64,000 bases of DNA from Balanoglossus misakiensis (GCA_040954595.2 CM082586.2:11005337-11069336); one strand, 5' to 3'. Counted from the stretch's first letter, positions 1 through 11,668 are shown. The notes: generated by a model not told the origin, from the sequence alone. Program-made: numbers and translations.

Positions 1-1162
1 CATATACCTTTCTTGATTTTCTTCTACATGAACCTGATGGAAGTGCATCAATGGTATTAGAAGTTTGCATACACTGTTTATTAGCTTGTAATTGTTTTTG
101 TGACTCGAAATAGTTGTCTAACAGGTCTGAATGCCTTTGAGTCCGTTGATACAGTCTCTGAGAAGATGAACTCTCTATATGAATGGTTAATTCTTGAAGT
201 TCATAAGGTGTCATGTTATTGAAGTAAAGGTTATGAAATAATGAATACAAATAGTTTGTTAAATCATTTAGAGTCGGAAAACTCAATACCATACTTGAAC
301 CGTCAGAACATTGGAAACCATGTGAGTTTCGACTATGAGAATCAAATACGAAGTATTTGCCATCTGTTGCAGAAAGGGCCATGCTGTAGCCACCAAGTAT
401 TAACATAACTGAGTTACTAGAATTGAACATGTTAATCATAGCATCTCTGAACACCATACATCCTTGTTCATCATAGTCAGACATACAGTCTAACATACCA
501 AAGTACAGTCTTCCTTGTGTAATATTGAACTGCACAGAATTCATGTGAACAGTATTTGGCAATTCATCACACATTAGTATTTCAGAAAATAATTTATTAC
601 TTGCTCTGAGGTCATTTGTGGTTTTAATGTATAAATTATCACCAGCATGTAAAATGTGATCTAAGTCATTAGATGTCAATGTCATCTCTCTTTCTTTTGA
701 TATGCAAAGGAAAGCAAGGGCATTACAAGTACATTGTCTACCTCGTGAATTTATGCTGAAAATATCATTGCCTTGATGAAAACTACCTTGGAGTACACTG
801 TCTATTGTGTAACTTTCCCAGTGTAAAGTGTGACTATTGTGAGAGGAGTATAATTCTTGTTTGTCATGTGCATCATTTGCACTGTAGTATACACAAGAGG
901 AATTTTGATTTGACACACTGGTCGAAGAATTCTTATTGAAGGTTGTAACTGATTGAGTGGCATTAAAACTTTTGATAATGGTACTTGAAGATGTAGACAT
1001 ATTATTGCTGTATGGTTCTATGCTTGACGATATTGATGTATTGTTATTGGCATTGCCGTACGAATCTGACTTCTTGAATGTTCCTTGTAGCACAGGGTGT
1101 TTTACTTTACTGGATCCACCCAAACCAGAATCAGACCCAGCTGATATGATTGGTCCATCAGC
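1..1162 (-). CDS. Exon encoding a viral-tegument-like deubiquitinase (VTD / Herpes_teg_N / peptidase C76-like) domain, probably the N-terminal part of a Helitron/Helentron RepHel polyprotein; runs off the window start
   Basis: Hand translation of the minus frame (codons on plus triplets starting at positions 2 mod 3) is stop-free from 1162 to 2: ...SVLQGSFHQGNDIFSINSRGRQCTCNALAFLC...DLDHILHAGDNLY...ELPNTV...LILGGYSMAL...KYFVFDSHSRNSHGFQCSDGSSMVL... Putative catalytic Cys 733-731, Asp 343-341, His 337-335. Splice acceptor ttatttttaaacAG at 1164-1163. The motif pattern matches herpesviral tegument-type DUBs, which are known in Helitrons. Confidence 0.85.
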
Positions 1163-2238
1163 CTGTTTAAAAATAAACAAGATAAGCGACAATTAGAAAA
1201 TACAGTTACCTTTAATTTCCATCACATGTCCTTATTTGACCCCTGATGAGTACTATGACAATGAGAGCCAATGACAGGTCAATTTTGCGTCATATTCAAA
1301 TTGGTTTTGTGTATATCATGTACATATAAGTACTATCACTAGTATTTACATTGCAAATGTGTTCAATTAAGCTTTTGTATAAATTTGTTGTAATTTCAAT
1401 ACATTTTGCAAAATTTAGCTACTTGCATAATATTTGTATATCACATGTGGACAAAGACATTGCACAAATTAGTAACATGGCTATTGTCACGCCACCTCAT
1501 CAAAAACTACTAGCGGCACAGGGTTGGCCTGCCATAACATTGTCTTACACTCATGTTTCACAATCATTCGAAAGCTCATTGCAACATTGAAATTATATCA
1601 CCTACAAACCTCACCTTTCTACAAAGTTCCATATCAAATAAAACTTTCCCACATAAATCTTTTCCAGTTGAACCTTTTGAAACCACACACTTCACCTGAC
1701 AAATTTAGTCTGGAAAGTTGAACGTACCCTCTATCTACTCTGAAACTTCCAAGTTTAAAACAAACTTCAAAACTGGAAAAGGTTTGTGCCTATGACTTTT
1801 CCCATATAATTACATTGAGAATACCTAGAAAACTCACTTCTACTATTTCTATGAAATATTACACATAGCTCAATCAAATAGAAATAAATGCATCCATCAA
1901 ATATCGTTTGGTCACTGTATTTTTTTTAGATAAACTTTACAAGTGTTTCGCCCATAGATACACCCTCACTGAATATGCTGACTCAGCAATTTTCCTCAAT
2001 TATCAACAAAATTCATGGCCTTGTATTTCAAAAGCAAACGCAGTGACATGAGAAGCCAATAATCCAAAATTGAAGACATAACGTTACTTTCGATTTTACT
2101 GATCATTACGGACTAGCTGCTAAAAGCCTACCCTGCGACCAAACAGTGACGTTGACCAACTTTCCCCTGCTCAAATGAAGAACTCCTTTTCCTGTTTACA
2201 AGTATGTACAATTTTATAGTATGCAAATACACACATAC

Positions 2239-2283
2239 CGATTTTTTCACAGCTGATTTTCTCCAATTCTTTTTCCTTGGCAT
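2239..2283 (-). CDS. Possible first coding exon (MPRKKNWRKSAVKKS) of the DUB/Helentron gene
   Basis: ATG at 2283-2281, a basic NLS-like peptide, and a phase-0 donor GTATGT at 2238-2233 that is compatible with the phase-0 acceptor at 1162. The join is inferred. Confidence 0.4.
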
Positions 2284-3329
2284 AATTCTGACCTTAGTAG
2301 CAAAAGACAAGAATGTGATAATATCAATAACAGCATTTTAACATCATTGGTTAGACAACTTGAAACTGCCTAGATAATATGCAAGTAAAAGCCTGGCAAA
2401 AATGTAACATGTACAATTGCTTAATTTTAACATACTCACACAACATATATTTCCATCATTTTTATAGGAGTAATTGAAACTACAACATCAATATGACCAT
2501 CACATGTTCTAGGACTTCCAAAATAGAGAAACACTATGAAAAACTTCAGCTGAAAAATAGAATATGTAATATAATTACCTGCAATTTGATAAAAAGTGAT
2601 TCTTCAAGAGCTGGTTAAGTCTCTAACTGTTCCAAAACAATGACAGGAAGTGGCTGCTCATTAGGCTGTTCCTGGCACTGCCACTACTCCCTCACATTGC
2701 TGGCAACAGTAGCTTGATACTTTGGGGTTCAAAGTCAGCAGATAACAGCCAAGAATTTGGAATCCGCAATTACAGCATAGGGTATACTGGCACCGCCTTA
2801 CGTTGAGAGGTTTGTCAACAATAATATAGTGCAATAGTGCAAACAATATGTTTAGATAGCAACAGATCTAAAGTTATTACAATAATGCCAACACATGTTT
2901 TGAGCTACTCCTGTGTGTTCTTTCAACTACAGAAAATCAAGCAGTCTTTCCAATGCTGCTACACCTACATAAGTATGGTGTGTGCTACACTGCCCCAAGG
3001 TTATTTCGATACACAAATATAACTGTGACATAATCAGCTCATGTACACTCTAGGAGAGATTGCACTTAGGACTGGGTGTATCAGGGAATAGATTACACAA
3101 AAACGATGAAACAGAAAGGCAAACAGCTAAAATGGACAAACCAAAGTGTCCTCATGTAAAGAGTACCTTTCAAAGCACTGGATTTGTTCATAGAGGCAAA
3201 ACCAGAAATATGCAAATATCCACAGCACAGTACAATGTCTTACTTCAGTCACCATAAGAAATATGCCTACAACATGCACAGCAATCTGCCAAGTGGATTC
3301 ATAGAAACCAATTTTTGGCAAAAAATTGC

Positions 3330-5121
3330 AAAAAATGCACCAAGAACACAATTATGGGAATGTCACCTTACTTTCACGACACCTTAACTTGAAATGAATT
3401 TTGACCAAATATCCCCAAAATTACAAATATGCAAATTATGCAACAAATTGCCCCAAAATGACCTCAATTGCCTTTCAGTATACCAAGCTTCATTCTAAAT
3501 TTTAAAGCCATTGACCCATAACTTTCAGAAAAATTTGTTTTCACCTAAAATATTGACAAAGACGAAAAAATTCATAAAAAATAAAACATCCATGATATCA
3601 ACTGAACACTTACATGTCGGTCACAGGCTTTTCAATTTCAGTCCCAACCCTCCAAACGCGAAGTCTGTACCTGCTCTGGATGCCAAGATATGATAAAGTA
3701 GGTCAAAGGTCACCTGAGGTCATGCAAAATTTGGGCAAGAAATTTTGACCTAATACTGGTCCATGTTCAATAAAAACCAAACCTATAGCCTTATTGGTTA
3801 GCCTGGAATTAGGTATGCACATAATTAATGAGATATGCAGGTGTCACAGGTGACCCCCAATTGCGGCTTTTCAATTTTAGTGCCAACCCTCCAAACGCCA
3901 AGTCTGTACCTGCTCTGGATGTCAAGATATGGTAATGTAGGTCAAAGGTCACCTGAGGTCATGCAAAATTTGGGCAAGAAATTTTGACCCTATACTGGTC
4001 CATGTTCAACAAAAACCGAACCTATAGCCTTATTGGTTAGCCTGGAATTAGGTATGCACATAATTAATGAGATATGCAGGTGTCACAGGTGACCCCCAAT
4101 TGCGGCTTTTCAATTTTAGTCCCAACCCTCCAAACGCCAAGTCTGTGCCTGCTCTGGATGTCAAGATTTGGTAATGTAGGTCAAAGGTCACCTGAGGTCA
4201 TGCAAAATTTGGGCAAGAAATTTTGACCCTATACTGGTCCATGTTCAACAAAAACCGAACCTATAGCCTTATTGGTTAGCCTGGAATTAGGTATGCACAT
4301 AATTAATGAGATATGCAGGTGTCACAGGTGACCCCCAATTTCGGCTTTTCAATTTCAGTCCCAACCCTCCAAACGCCAACTCTGTACCTGCTCTGGATGC
4401 CGAGATATAGGAAAGTAGGTCAAAGGTCACCTGAGGTCACCCAAAATTTGGGCAAGAAATTTTGACCCTATACTGGTCCATGTCCCACCAGAACAAAACC
4501 TCTAGCCCTATTAGTTAGCCCGGAATTAGGTATGCACATAATTAATGTGTTAAGCAGGTGTTACAGGTGAGCCCAAAAATTTCCCTTTTATTTTGGCCCC
4601 ATTGTGCTCACTGACCAATAGACAATCACTGTACAGGACTATTGCACAGACCAGAATCCCACAATAAGACGTGGACATAGCTTAACCATAGAGGTATAAG
4701 TAAAGGTATAAATTTAATAAAAAGACTAAAAAATCTTTAAAAATAAAACATCCATGATATCAACTTAACACTAAAAGGTCGGTGTGAGGTTGACATATGG
4801 TACATGCATACCAATTTTCAAAGCAATCTGACCAGTAATTGTTGACTTACAGAGTTTTGATCAATTCCACATTTTACCAGCTAATTTGCATATTTTTGGG
4901 CCTGGCAACTTCGTTTGGACAAACTCCAATCTACAGCCCAGCCTGCACCTACACACCAAATATTGAGGTGATACGCGCAGCGGTTTTCAAGTTTTTGATG
5001 TGGACGGACATACAGACATACATCCATACATCCATACATCCATACATCCATCCATACATACATACAGACGCAACCCATCCCATAAGGTCCCATGGTATAT
5101 AGGCCTATACCAATGGGACCT
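3330..5121 (-). mobile_element. Helentron/HINE (DINE-1-like) left end: sub-terminal palindrome, microsatellite, core and internal tandem repeats
   Basis: The minus strand reads TTTTT-AGGTCCCATTGG...CCATGGGACCT (hairpin 5085-5121), then a (GTAT/GGAT)n microsatellite, GTCCGTCCACATC, and a core shared with copies at 41-51 kb. The left boundary is approximate. Confidence 0.7.
3626..4575. repeat. Tandem repeat, about 239-bp unit x4, internal to the Helentron/HINE
   Basis: ggcttttcaattt.agt.ccaaccctccaaacg...ggtcaaaggtcacctgaggtca recurs at about 3626, 3865, 4104 and 4343. Confidence 0.95.
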
Positions 5122-6006
5122 AAAAAATGACAAATTTTTGACTGCAAAATCTCAAAATTTCGTCCATTTTTGAAAAAAAATCATGGGTAAAAATCATCAA
5201 AAAATGACAAATTTTCGACTGCAAAATCTCAACATTTCGTCGATTTTTGAAAAAAATCATGGGTGAAAATCATCAAAAAATGACAAATTTTCGACTTTGC
5301 AAAATCTCAAAATTTCGTCGATTTTTGAAAAAAAATCATAGGTGAAAATCATCAAAAAATGACAAAATTTTCGAGTTTGCAAAATCACAAAATTTCGTCG
5401 ATTTTGAAAAAAATCATAGGTTCGTCGATTTTTTTTAAAAAAACATGGGTGAAAATCATCAAAAAATGACAAATTTTCGACTTTGCAAAATCTCAAAATT
5501 TCATCAATTTTTGAAAAAATCATGGGTGAAAATCATCAAAAAATGACAAAACTTTCGACTTTGCAAAATCTCAAAATTTCGTCGATTTTTGAAAAAAAAT
5601 CATGGTTGAAAATCATCAAAAAATGACAAAATTTTCGAGTTTGCAAAATCACACAATTTCGTCGATTTTGAAAAAAATCATAGGTTCGTCGATTTTTTTA
5701 AAAAAAACATGGGTGAAAATCATCAAAAAATGACAAATTTTTGACTTTGCAAAATCTCAAAATTTCGTCGATTTTTGAAAAAAATCATTGGGGAAAATCA
5801 TCAAAAAATGACAAATTTTCGACTTTGCAAAATCTCAAAATTTCGTCGATTTTTGAAAAAAATCATGGGTGAAAATCATCAAAAAATGACAAATTTTCGA
5901 CTTTGCAAAATCTCAAAATTTCGTCGATTTTGAAAAAAATCATGGGTTCGTCGATTTTTTAAAAACAACATTGGTGAAAATCATCAAAAAATGACAAATT
6001 TTCGAC
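5121..6006. repeat. AT-rich minisatellite, about 78-80-bp unit, about 10-11 copies
   Basis: Unit gggtgaaaatcatcaaaaaatgacaaattttcgactttgcaaaatctcaaaatttcgtcgatttttgaaaaaaatcat, with periodic longer variants. Confidence 0.95.
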
Positions 6007-6207
6007 TGTTAAGACTATGGATTTAACTCTGCCCTGCGTAGCTGAACAAGAAACTATAATTGATACACAGAATAGAAATACTGAAAAATGCAAAAAGTTA
6101 CAGCTAATGGGGCTTAAGTCATGAAACTGTGTTTATTTTCATGTATATTGGCTTGAGACAGCTCACTATTTATGATGTGTGTTGTGACATTTTTTTATTC
6201 TTTTCAG

Positions 6208-6409
6208 TTTCTACATTTTGACACTGAACTTTATCATGATACTGTTGTCATTGTCGAGGTGTCTGTGTTTGACCCATCCAAAGTTCTTGCCACATACAGT
6301 GGACCGGACCAGCCTGATGAAGTTATTAGCAGTGGTAATGCAATGTTGGTGAAATTTCTCTCAGATAGTTCGCATACTGCTACTGGCTTTGAAGCATCTT
6401 GGCAAGCAG
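6208..6409 (+). CDS. Exon: second half of CUB domain 1
   Basis: ttttcAG | FLHFDTELYHDTVVIVEVSVFDPSKVLATYSGPDQPDEVISSGNAMLVKFLSDSSHTATGFEASWQA | GTaata. Confidence 0.9.
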
Positions 6410-6702
6410 GTAATACCAAGTTTTATACATAATGTAAAACTGGAAATTTTCGCAAACGATAAATTTTCGCGAACTACACATAAACTTTGCATGTGTGGAC
6501 ACAAGGCAACTAAAAGCATTAATGCTCTGTGTTTACCTTAGGCAAATAGTGTCTCTGAAACGTTTCGAATTTTACCCTACGTGAACCTGGTATAACATTA
6601 TAGATTGCACATGTAGGCAATATTTGCCCTACCTCGACTGTGATCTTGCTGATGTCCTGTTTGTGAAGTGTTTCTGTTAAGATGACTTCTTCTTTCTTTC
6701 AG

Positions 6703-6854
6703 TGTATTCTTTGTGTGGTGGGAATTTCATAGCACAGTCATATAAACAGAATCTCAGCAGTACAGAATATTTTGAAGGCAAGAATTATCTCAACAATGAA
6801 GATTGTAACTGACAGCTGGCATCATTCACAACAGAATTTGTTGTCACTTTACAG
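6703..6854 (+). pseudogene. Exon: first half of CUB domain 2 with a premature stop
   Basis: ctttcAG | YSLCGGNFIAQSYKQNLSSTEYFEGKNYLNNEDCN*QLASFTTEFVVTLQ | GTagtg. TGA at 6810-6812 replaces the conserved CxW tryptophan. Confidence 0.85.
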
Positions 6855-7223
6855 GTAGTGGATTCAGATGCAATTAATCGTGTGAGTTGTTTTACAGCAT
6901 GACAAAAATTAGTAATTATATTTTTAAAAATACATTTTATTTTTGTCATTTCTGGTCAATTCTCAGTAGTCACTTTTCCGATTTCTTAAAATTTGGTTTA
7001 CAAGGACCTTCAATATTTGTTATTATGGTGTACATAAACATGTGACAAATATCAATACTGGGGAGGAGGGGGGTGGGTAGTTTTAGACATTTTTGGTCCA
7101 AAAGTCCACTTATGTCAGAAACGGCTCTTCCAGTTGTTTTGGATTTTGGTTTATTGGGATGTGAAAATATTCTTTATCAGATGTATTCTTATATTACCTC
7201 ATCAATGCTAAAGGTGTCCTTAT

Positions 7224-7500
7224 AGGGACGAAGTCTCTCTCTCTCGCTGCCCTTTTCCCATTAATTATGTTTGATACAAGACACCGTTTATGTTATTCTA
7301 CATGAGGATATATAGTGAATCAACATTCGACCACACACACCTTCCATCCCATTTTTAGGATATGAGAGTAAAAATCTCGCCCAAAATGAAGCGGGATGGA
7401 ATGTTGATTCACTATATATCCACATCTAGAATAACATAAACGATAATCAAACGATAATTAATGGAAAAGGGGCAGCGAGAGAGAGAGAGACTTTGCCCCT
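7224..7500. mobile_element. Palindromic MITE, AGGGAC family (Kolobok-like, TTAA target)
   Basis: TIR agggacgaagtctctctctctcgctgcccttttcc...ggaaaaggggcagcgagagagagagactttgcccct; same family as 7902 and 53186. Confidence 0.8.
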
Positions 7501-7614
7501 TAATGGTTTTGTGTAGGAAATTGTGATCACTATGATTGTACGGTATGTCACATTTAAATGTACATATCAAATGGGAGCAAAGTGTCTTTGATGCTATTTT
7601 TTATATCTTTTCCG

Positions 7615-7816
7615 TTTATCTCCTTTGCAACAGAAGATGGGGCTGATCAAGTGTCTGTATACGATGGCGCTGAACTGAATCCTGCCCTCAGACTTGCTTT
7701 ATTTTCTGGGATGGAGTTACCTAATGTCATCATATCTTCCAAAAGTATGATGAGAGTTGACATTAAGAGTGATGATGCAGTTACAATGAGAGGTTTTCAT
7801 GTACATTACTGGGCAG
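7615..7816 (+). pseudogene. Exon: second half of CUB domain 2, acceptor apparently mutated
   Basis: FISFATEDGADQVSVYDGAELNPALRLALFSGMELPNVIISSKSMMRVDIKSDDAVTMRGFHVHYWA | GTaggt. The expected phase-0 acceptor reads tttcCG instead of tttcAG. Confidence 0.85.
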
Positions 7817-7901
7817 GTAGGTAACGCATTCAAATTGATCAAGACGTTGTTTGAATGAAGAGGCAATCAAGGATTCATGATGCAAGAGAACAATGTTTTA
7901 A

Positions 7902-8250
7902 AGGGACAAACACTCTCTCTCGCTACCCTTTTTCCAGGAATTATGATGATACAATACAGCGTTTATGTTATTCTACATGTGGATATATATTAAAACAACG
8001 TTTGACCACAAACAACTTCCATCCCACTTGTAGACACAAGAGTGAAAAAACTCGCCAAAATGAATAATTGGTCTCTACCGTTTATTCATTTTGGCAATAT
8101 TTTTACTCTCATATCCTACAAACGGGATGGAAGTTGTGCGTGGTTGAATGTTGATTCACTATATATCCACATGTAGAATAACATAAACAGTGTCTTGTAT
8201 CAAACATAGTTAATGGAAAAAGGGCAGCGAGTGAGAGAAACTTTGTCCCT
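7902..8250. mobile_element. Palindromic MITE, AGGGAC family (Kolobok-like)
   Basis: TTAA | agggacaaa...tttgtccct | TTAA, with long imperfect inverted arms. Confidence 0.85.
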
Positions 8251-8632
8251 TTAAATCACTTAAAATCATTCCCAAAGAATTTCAACCCAGTAAGAATTGT
8301 AAGGATCACAGATCTATCTTCTTTTGCCATTCTTTCTGGAAGTTTATAATATAAGCTAATCTGATACTGGGTCATTATGAAACTTTTTAACAGAAAAAAT
8401 AACAAAATGTGAAAAAAGTTAAATGAGTTTAATTTGATAACTACATGTATAACGACAGAAAGGTTTGACCTAAGGAAGTCATATACAGTTAACAGTCATT
8501 TCTTCTGTCGCGTACGACTTTTTATCCAGAAGGCAATTATTATGTGATTTGATCCCCTAGCACAAAATAAAAGGCAGCCAGGATTACACCAAACCTGTGG
8601 ATTGAATTCATTATTCCTTGTTTGGTATTTTT

Positions 8633-9376
8633 AGCTTGGCTGTCACTTGTGTCAGCCAAGCTGTAGCAGTAGGTTGATAAGTGTCCGTCTGTCGTCCGGC
8701 GTCAGTTGTCCGTCGTCCGTCAACTTTCGGTATTTCAATCTTCTTCGTTAAAACGACATTGCATATTTAGCTATAATTTGGTAGGAATGTGTGTTATGGT
8801 GCCCCTACCTGATTTTGTAAATTTGGATTTGATGGGGTCATAAATATGCAAATTAGATCTAAAAATAGAATGTTGGTCAAACATTTTCTTCTCCCTAACT
8901 ACATGTACGATGGAGCTGAAATTTGGCAGGAATGTGTGTTATGGTGCCCCTACCTGATTTCATAAATTTGGATATGATCGGGTCATGAATATGCAAATTA
9001 GATCTAAAAATATAATTTTTGGTAAAAAATCTTCTTCTCCCTAACTACATGTACGATGGAGCTGAAATTTGGTAGAATGTGTGTTATGGTGCCCCTACCT
9101 GATTTTGTTTTATTGGAATTTTGATCGGGTCATGAATATGCAAATTAGTACCTTGGTACTTCCTTTTGATGTTGTTCTTTAGGAATAAATTCTTTCTTTC
9201 TTTAGCACAATGAATCAGGCTGAATGTGGATATTAAATACTTGTGATGTCTATGTTTGGTTTTGTTTAATAGAATACAATTGTTATGATTAAAACCTAGG
9301 GTATTCATATCATTGCCCAGCTATAGGTTTCACTGTTAAAGTCAGCAGAGCTCTTTTGACCGATAGGTCACTTGTT
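8633..9376 (+). mobile_element. Complete HINE/DINE-1-like non-autonomous Helentron
   Basis: T-run, 5' subTIR agcttggctgtca with inverted partner tgtcagccaagct, (GTCC/GTC) microsatellite, about 2.3 core repeats of about 145 bp, 3' subTIR gtcagcagagct, stem-loop tgaccgataggtca, and a cttgtt end. Confidence 0.8.
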
Positions 9377-9385
9377 TCTTTAAAG

Positions 9386-9570
9386 GTTGCCAGGGAATTG
9401 AAATTCTGCGTAGTTTTGGCACGATTCAGTCACCAGGGTATGATGTTAGCACTTACCCTGATGATGTTATGTGTAGCTGGTTAATCAAGGAACCAACTGG
9501 AAGACCATTAACTCTTATCTTTGATGAGAACTTTGGATTAGAGAGGAACACAGATGTTGATTACATCATT
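9386..9570 (+). CDS. Exon: first half of CUB domain 3
   Basis: ttaaAG | CQGIEILRSFGTIQSPGYDVSTYPDDVMCSWLIKEPTGRPLTLIFDENFGLERNTDVDYII | GTgagt. Confidence 0.9.
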
Positions 9571-9735
9571 GTGAGTATCAGATATGATCATGAGTCAGCC
9601 ATGTTAAAAATATTTGTCATATTAAAAAATTTGTCATATTATTTTGCAGTGATTTTAGTTTGACAATTTTGGCAGACATTACTTCAAACTATACAACTTT
9701 GGAACACAATTTGGAAATTTAATTAATCACATATA

Positions 9736-9945
9736 TACTGTAAAACGGGATACTTTTGCAACATGAAATTTTCGCGTTATCAAAAGAGGCAAGTGTTATG
9801 CAACAATAACTTTTCACGTTCTTGTATTTCACTGCATCATTATCCCCGAAAAACATTTTTACGCAACTTTTTATTTTCATGTTTTGATGGCTCTCACGTA
9901 GATCGCGAAAATTTATTGTTTGCGAACATTTCCCATTTTACAGTA
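9736..9945. mobile_element. MITE, TA-CTGTAAAA family (Tc1/mariner-like)
   Basis: TActgtaaaacggga...tcccattttacagTA. Confidence 0.8.
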
Positions 9946-9987
9946 TGTTGAGTAGCTGTTACAGCAGGAAATGCAACAAGGATTGAA

Positions 9988-10186
9988 TACTATAAAATTT
10001 TCGTGAACGATAAATTTTCGTAAACTATGTGAGAGCCAAAAAATATGAAAATAAAAAGTCGCTTAAAATGCTTCAGAGATAACAATGCAGTAAAATATGC
10101 CAATGTGAAAATTAATTGTCGCGTAACAGTAGCCACCTTTGATATCGCGAAAATTTCCTGTTGTGAAGATTTCCCGTTTTACGGTA
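9988..10186. mobile_element. MITE, TA-CTGTAAAA family
   Basis: TActataaaa...ttttacggTA; interior related to the 9736 copy in the opposite orientation. Confidence 0.7.
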
Positions 10187-10223
10187 TTTACAATGCATGC
10201 TTAATTTGTCTTTGTTTCTGAAG

Positions 10224-10407
10224 GTATACAATGGTACTGAGAGTGATGATGATGTCATTATTGGTCCATGGAGTGGCAATTCTGATGGAGTCATTGATGG
10301 CACAGTGCCACCACCCGATTGCCGTACAGACATTGGACACTTTTCGGTTGTGTTCAGGAGTAGTAGAACACGACCAGCTAAAGGATTCAGGGCTTCATTT
10401 TCACCAG
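10224..10407 (+). CDS. Exon: second half of CUB domain 3
   Basis: ctgaAG | VYNGTESDDDVIIGPWSGNSDGVIDGTVPPPDCRTDIGHFSVVFRSSRTRPAKGFRASFSP | GTacac. Confidence 0.9.
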
Positions 10408-10414
10408 GTACACA

Positions 10415-10625
10415 TACTGTAAAACACTTTATTTTCACGAGTTGAAATTTTTCGCGACATCGAGAGAGGCCACTGTTTCGCCAGTATTAATTTTCGCGTT
10501 CTCTTATTTCATTCATTGCATCTTTATCTTCAAAAAAATTACGCAACTTTTTATTTTCACGCTATTTTGGCTCTCGCGTATTTCGCGAAAATCTCTTGCT
10601 CGCGAAAATAAAGTGTTTTACAGTA
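10415..10625. mobile_element. MITE, TA-CTGTAAAA family
   Basis: TActgtaaaacactttattttc.cgag...ctcgcgaaaataaagtgttttacagTA; a near-identical reverse copy lies at 41341-41542. Confidence 0.9.
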
Positions 10626-10844
10626 ACTTACTAACATTTCAGAAAAAGTTGTTACAGAATTCTTAGAAACACACTCTCCCTTTATTCCTTGTGATTTAGA
10701 GTCATTAATTGAAAGGTGCAAATGTTTTTGAATTTTTACGAAACTTCAAAGAGCTGGAAAAACAGAGACAGTAATTTCTTACAATTGCAATGCAATTTTG
10801 GACCATTGACTGGAATGGCAACACTCTTGTATCACACTCAATAA

Positions 10845-11068
10845 AGTGATGGGGTCGTCGCACTGCGTTTGTTTGTTTATAAACATTGCAATTCATCCAC
10901 AAATCCCTGAAATTAGACAGCCACGACCTACTAGGATCTTCAGTTGCTGTCATGGACAGTCTAGGATACTGTCAGCTGCTTCGTTCATTCTAAGAATTAT
11001 CTTATTTGAGGGATTTGTGGATGAATTGTAATGTTTATAAACAAACGCATTGCGACGACCCCTTCACT
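10845..11068. mobile_element. MITE with about 70-bp TIRs (Kolobok-like)
   Basis: ataa | agtgatggggtcgtcgca.tgcgtttgttt...aaacaaacgcattgcgacgaccccttcact | ttaa. Confidence 0.8.
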
Positions 11069-11143
11069 TTAAAACAACTGACATTTATGAGTTTAAGTAT
11101 TTGTCTGCATGCATTCTTATCATTGTGATCCTTGTTCTGACAG

Positions 11144-11248
11144 ACTGTCCCGAAATTGTGATTAGTGAGGGCGTGGTGACCAGTACAGAGATAGAAGGTA
11201 TGATGTCTCTGTCTCATTCCAATGCTCGGACGGTTATCCAGTAGTTAA
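11144..11248 (+). pseudogene. Exon: sushi/CCP domain 1, frameshifted and truncated by a transposon
   Basis: gacAG | DCPEIVISEGVVTST, then in a shifted frame DRRYDVSVSFQCSDGYPVV (acagagataga versus expected acagataga). At TTAA 11245-11248 the sequence switches to the element also seen at 14878. Confidence 0.7.
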
Positions 11249-11488
11249 AGGGGATGTCCGGTCTAGCTGATATCTACATAATTTTGTAGCTTTGAGGTCA
11301 CTCTTTCAGGAAAAAAAAACATTTTCGCCGTGTATAAGTCGTACCAGCTATGCAAATATGCCTAGCCTGGTGTCTTGTATCCAAGATAATTAATGAAAAA
11401 AGTGCAGTGATGAGAGAGACTTAATTTGTCTCTTGAATCTATTGTTAGCAACAACTTGAATGACACTAATTTGTTGTTTATTTTTTAG

Positions 11489-11668
11489 GAATAACATGTG
11501 GTGGACCCCCTGAGTGCAGCAATGGAATTCTTACCAATGTTACCAGTACAGTGTATGGTGGCATTGCTTATTATCAATGCATTGAGGGCTATCAGTTTAT
11601 AAATAATGTGTCTTCATTGGAATGCCAAGCAGATGGTGTCTGGGGTCCACTTGTGCCCCAATGCGAGC
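11489..11668 (+). CDS. Exon: sushi/CCP domain
   Basis: ttttAG | ITCGGPPECSNGILTNVTSTVYGGIAYYQCIEGYQFINNVSSLECQADGVWGPLVPQCE | GTaagt. Not in the ORF track. Confidence 0.92.

Noticed and set aside
957-1196. Plus-strand 79-aa ORF, and most other short ORFs in the track
   Set aside because: It is the antisense shadow of the DUB exon. The remaining short ORFs lie in AT-rich repeats and show no recognisable domains.
1790-2100. Similarity of 1790-2100 to 13780-14130, of 6480-6620 to 62785-62965, and of 8365-8580 to 45630-45845
   Set aside because: Most simply old dispersed-repeat fragments; no termini or function could be assigned.
6810-6812. In-frame TGA as selenocysteine or readthrough
   Set aside because: It replaces a conserved Trp by one transition, and other lesions occur nearby.
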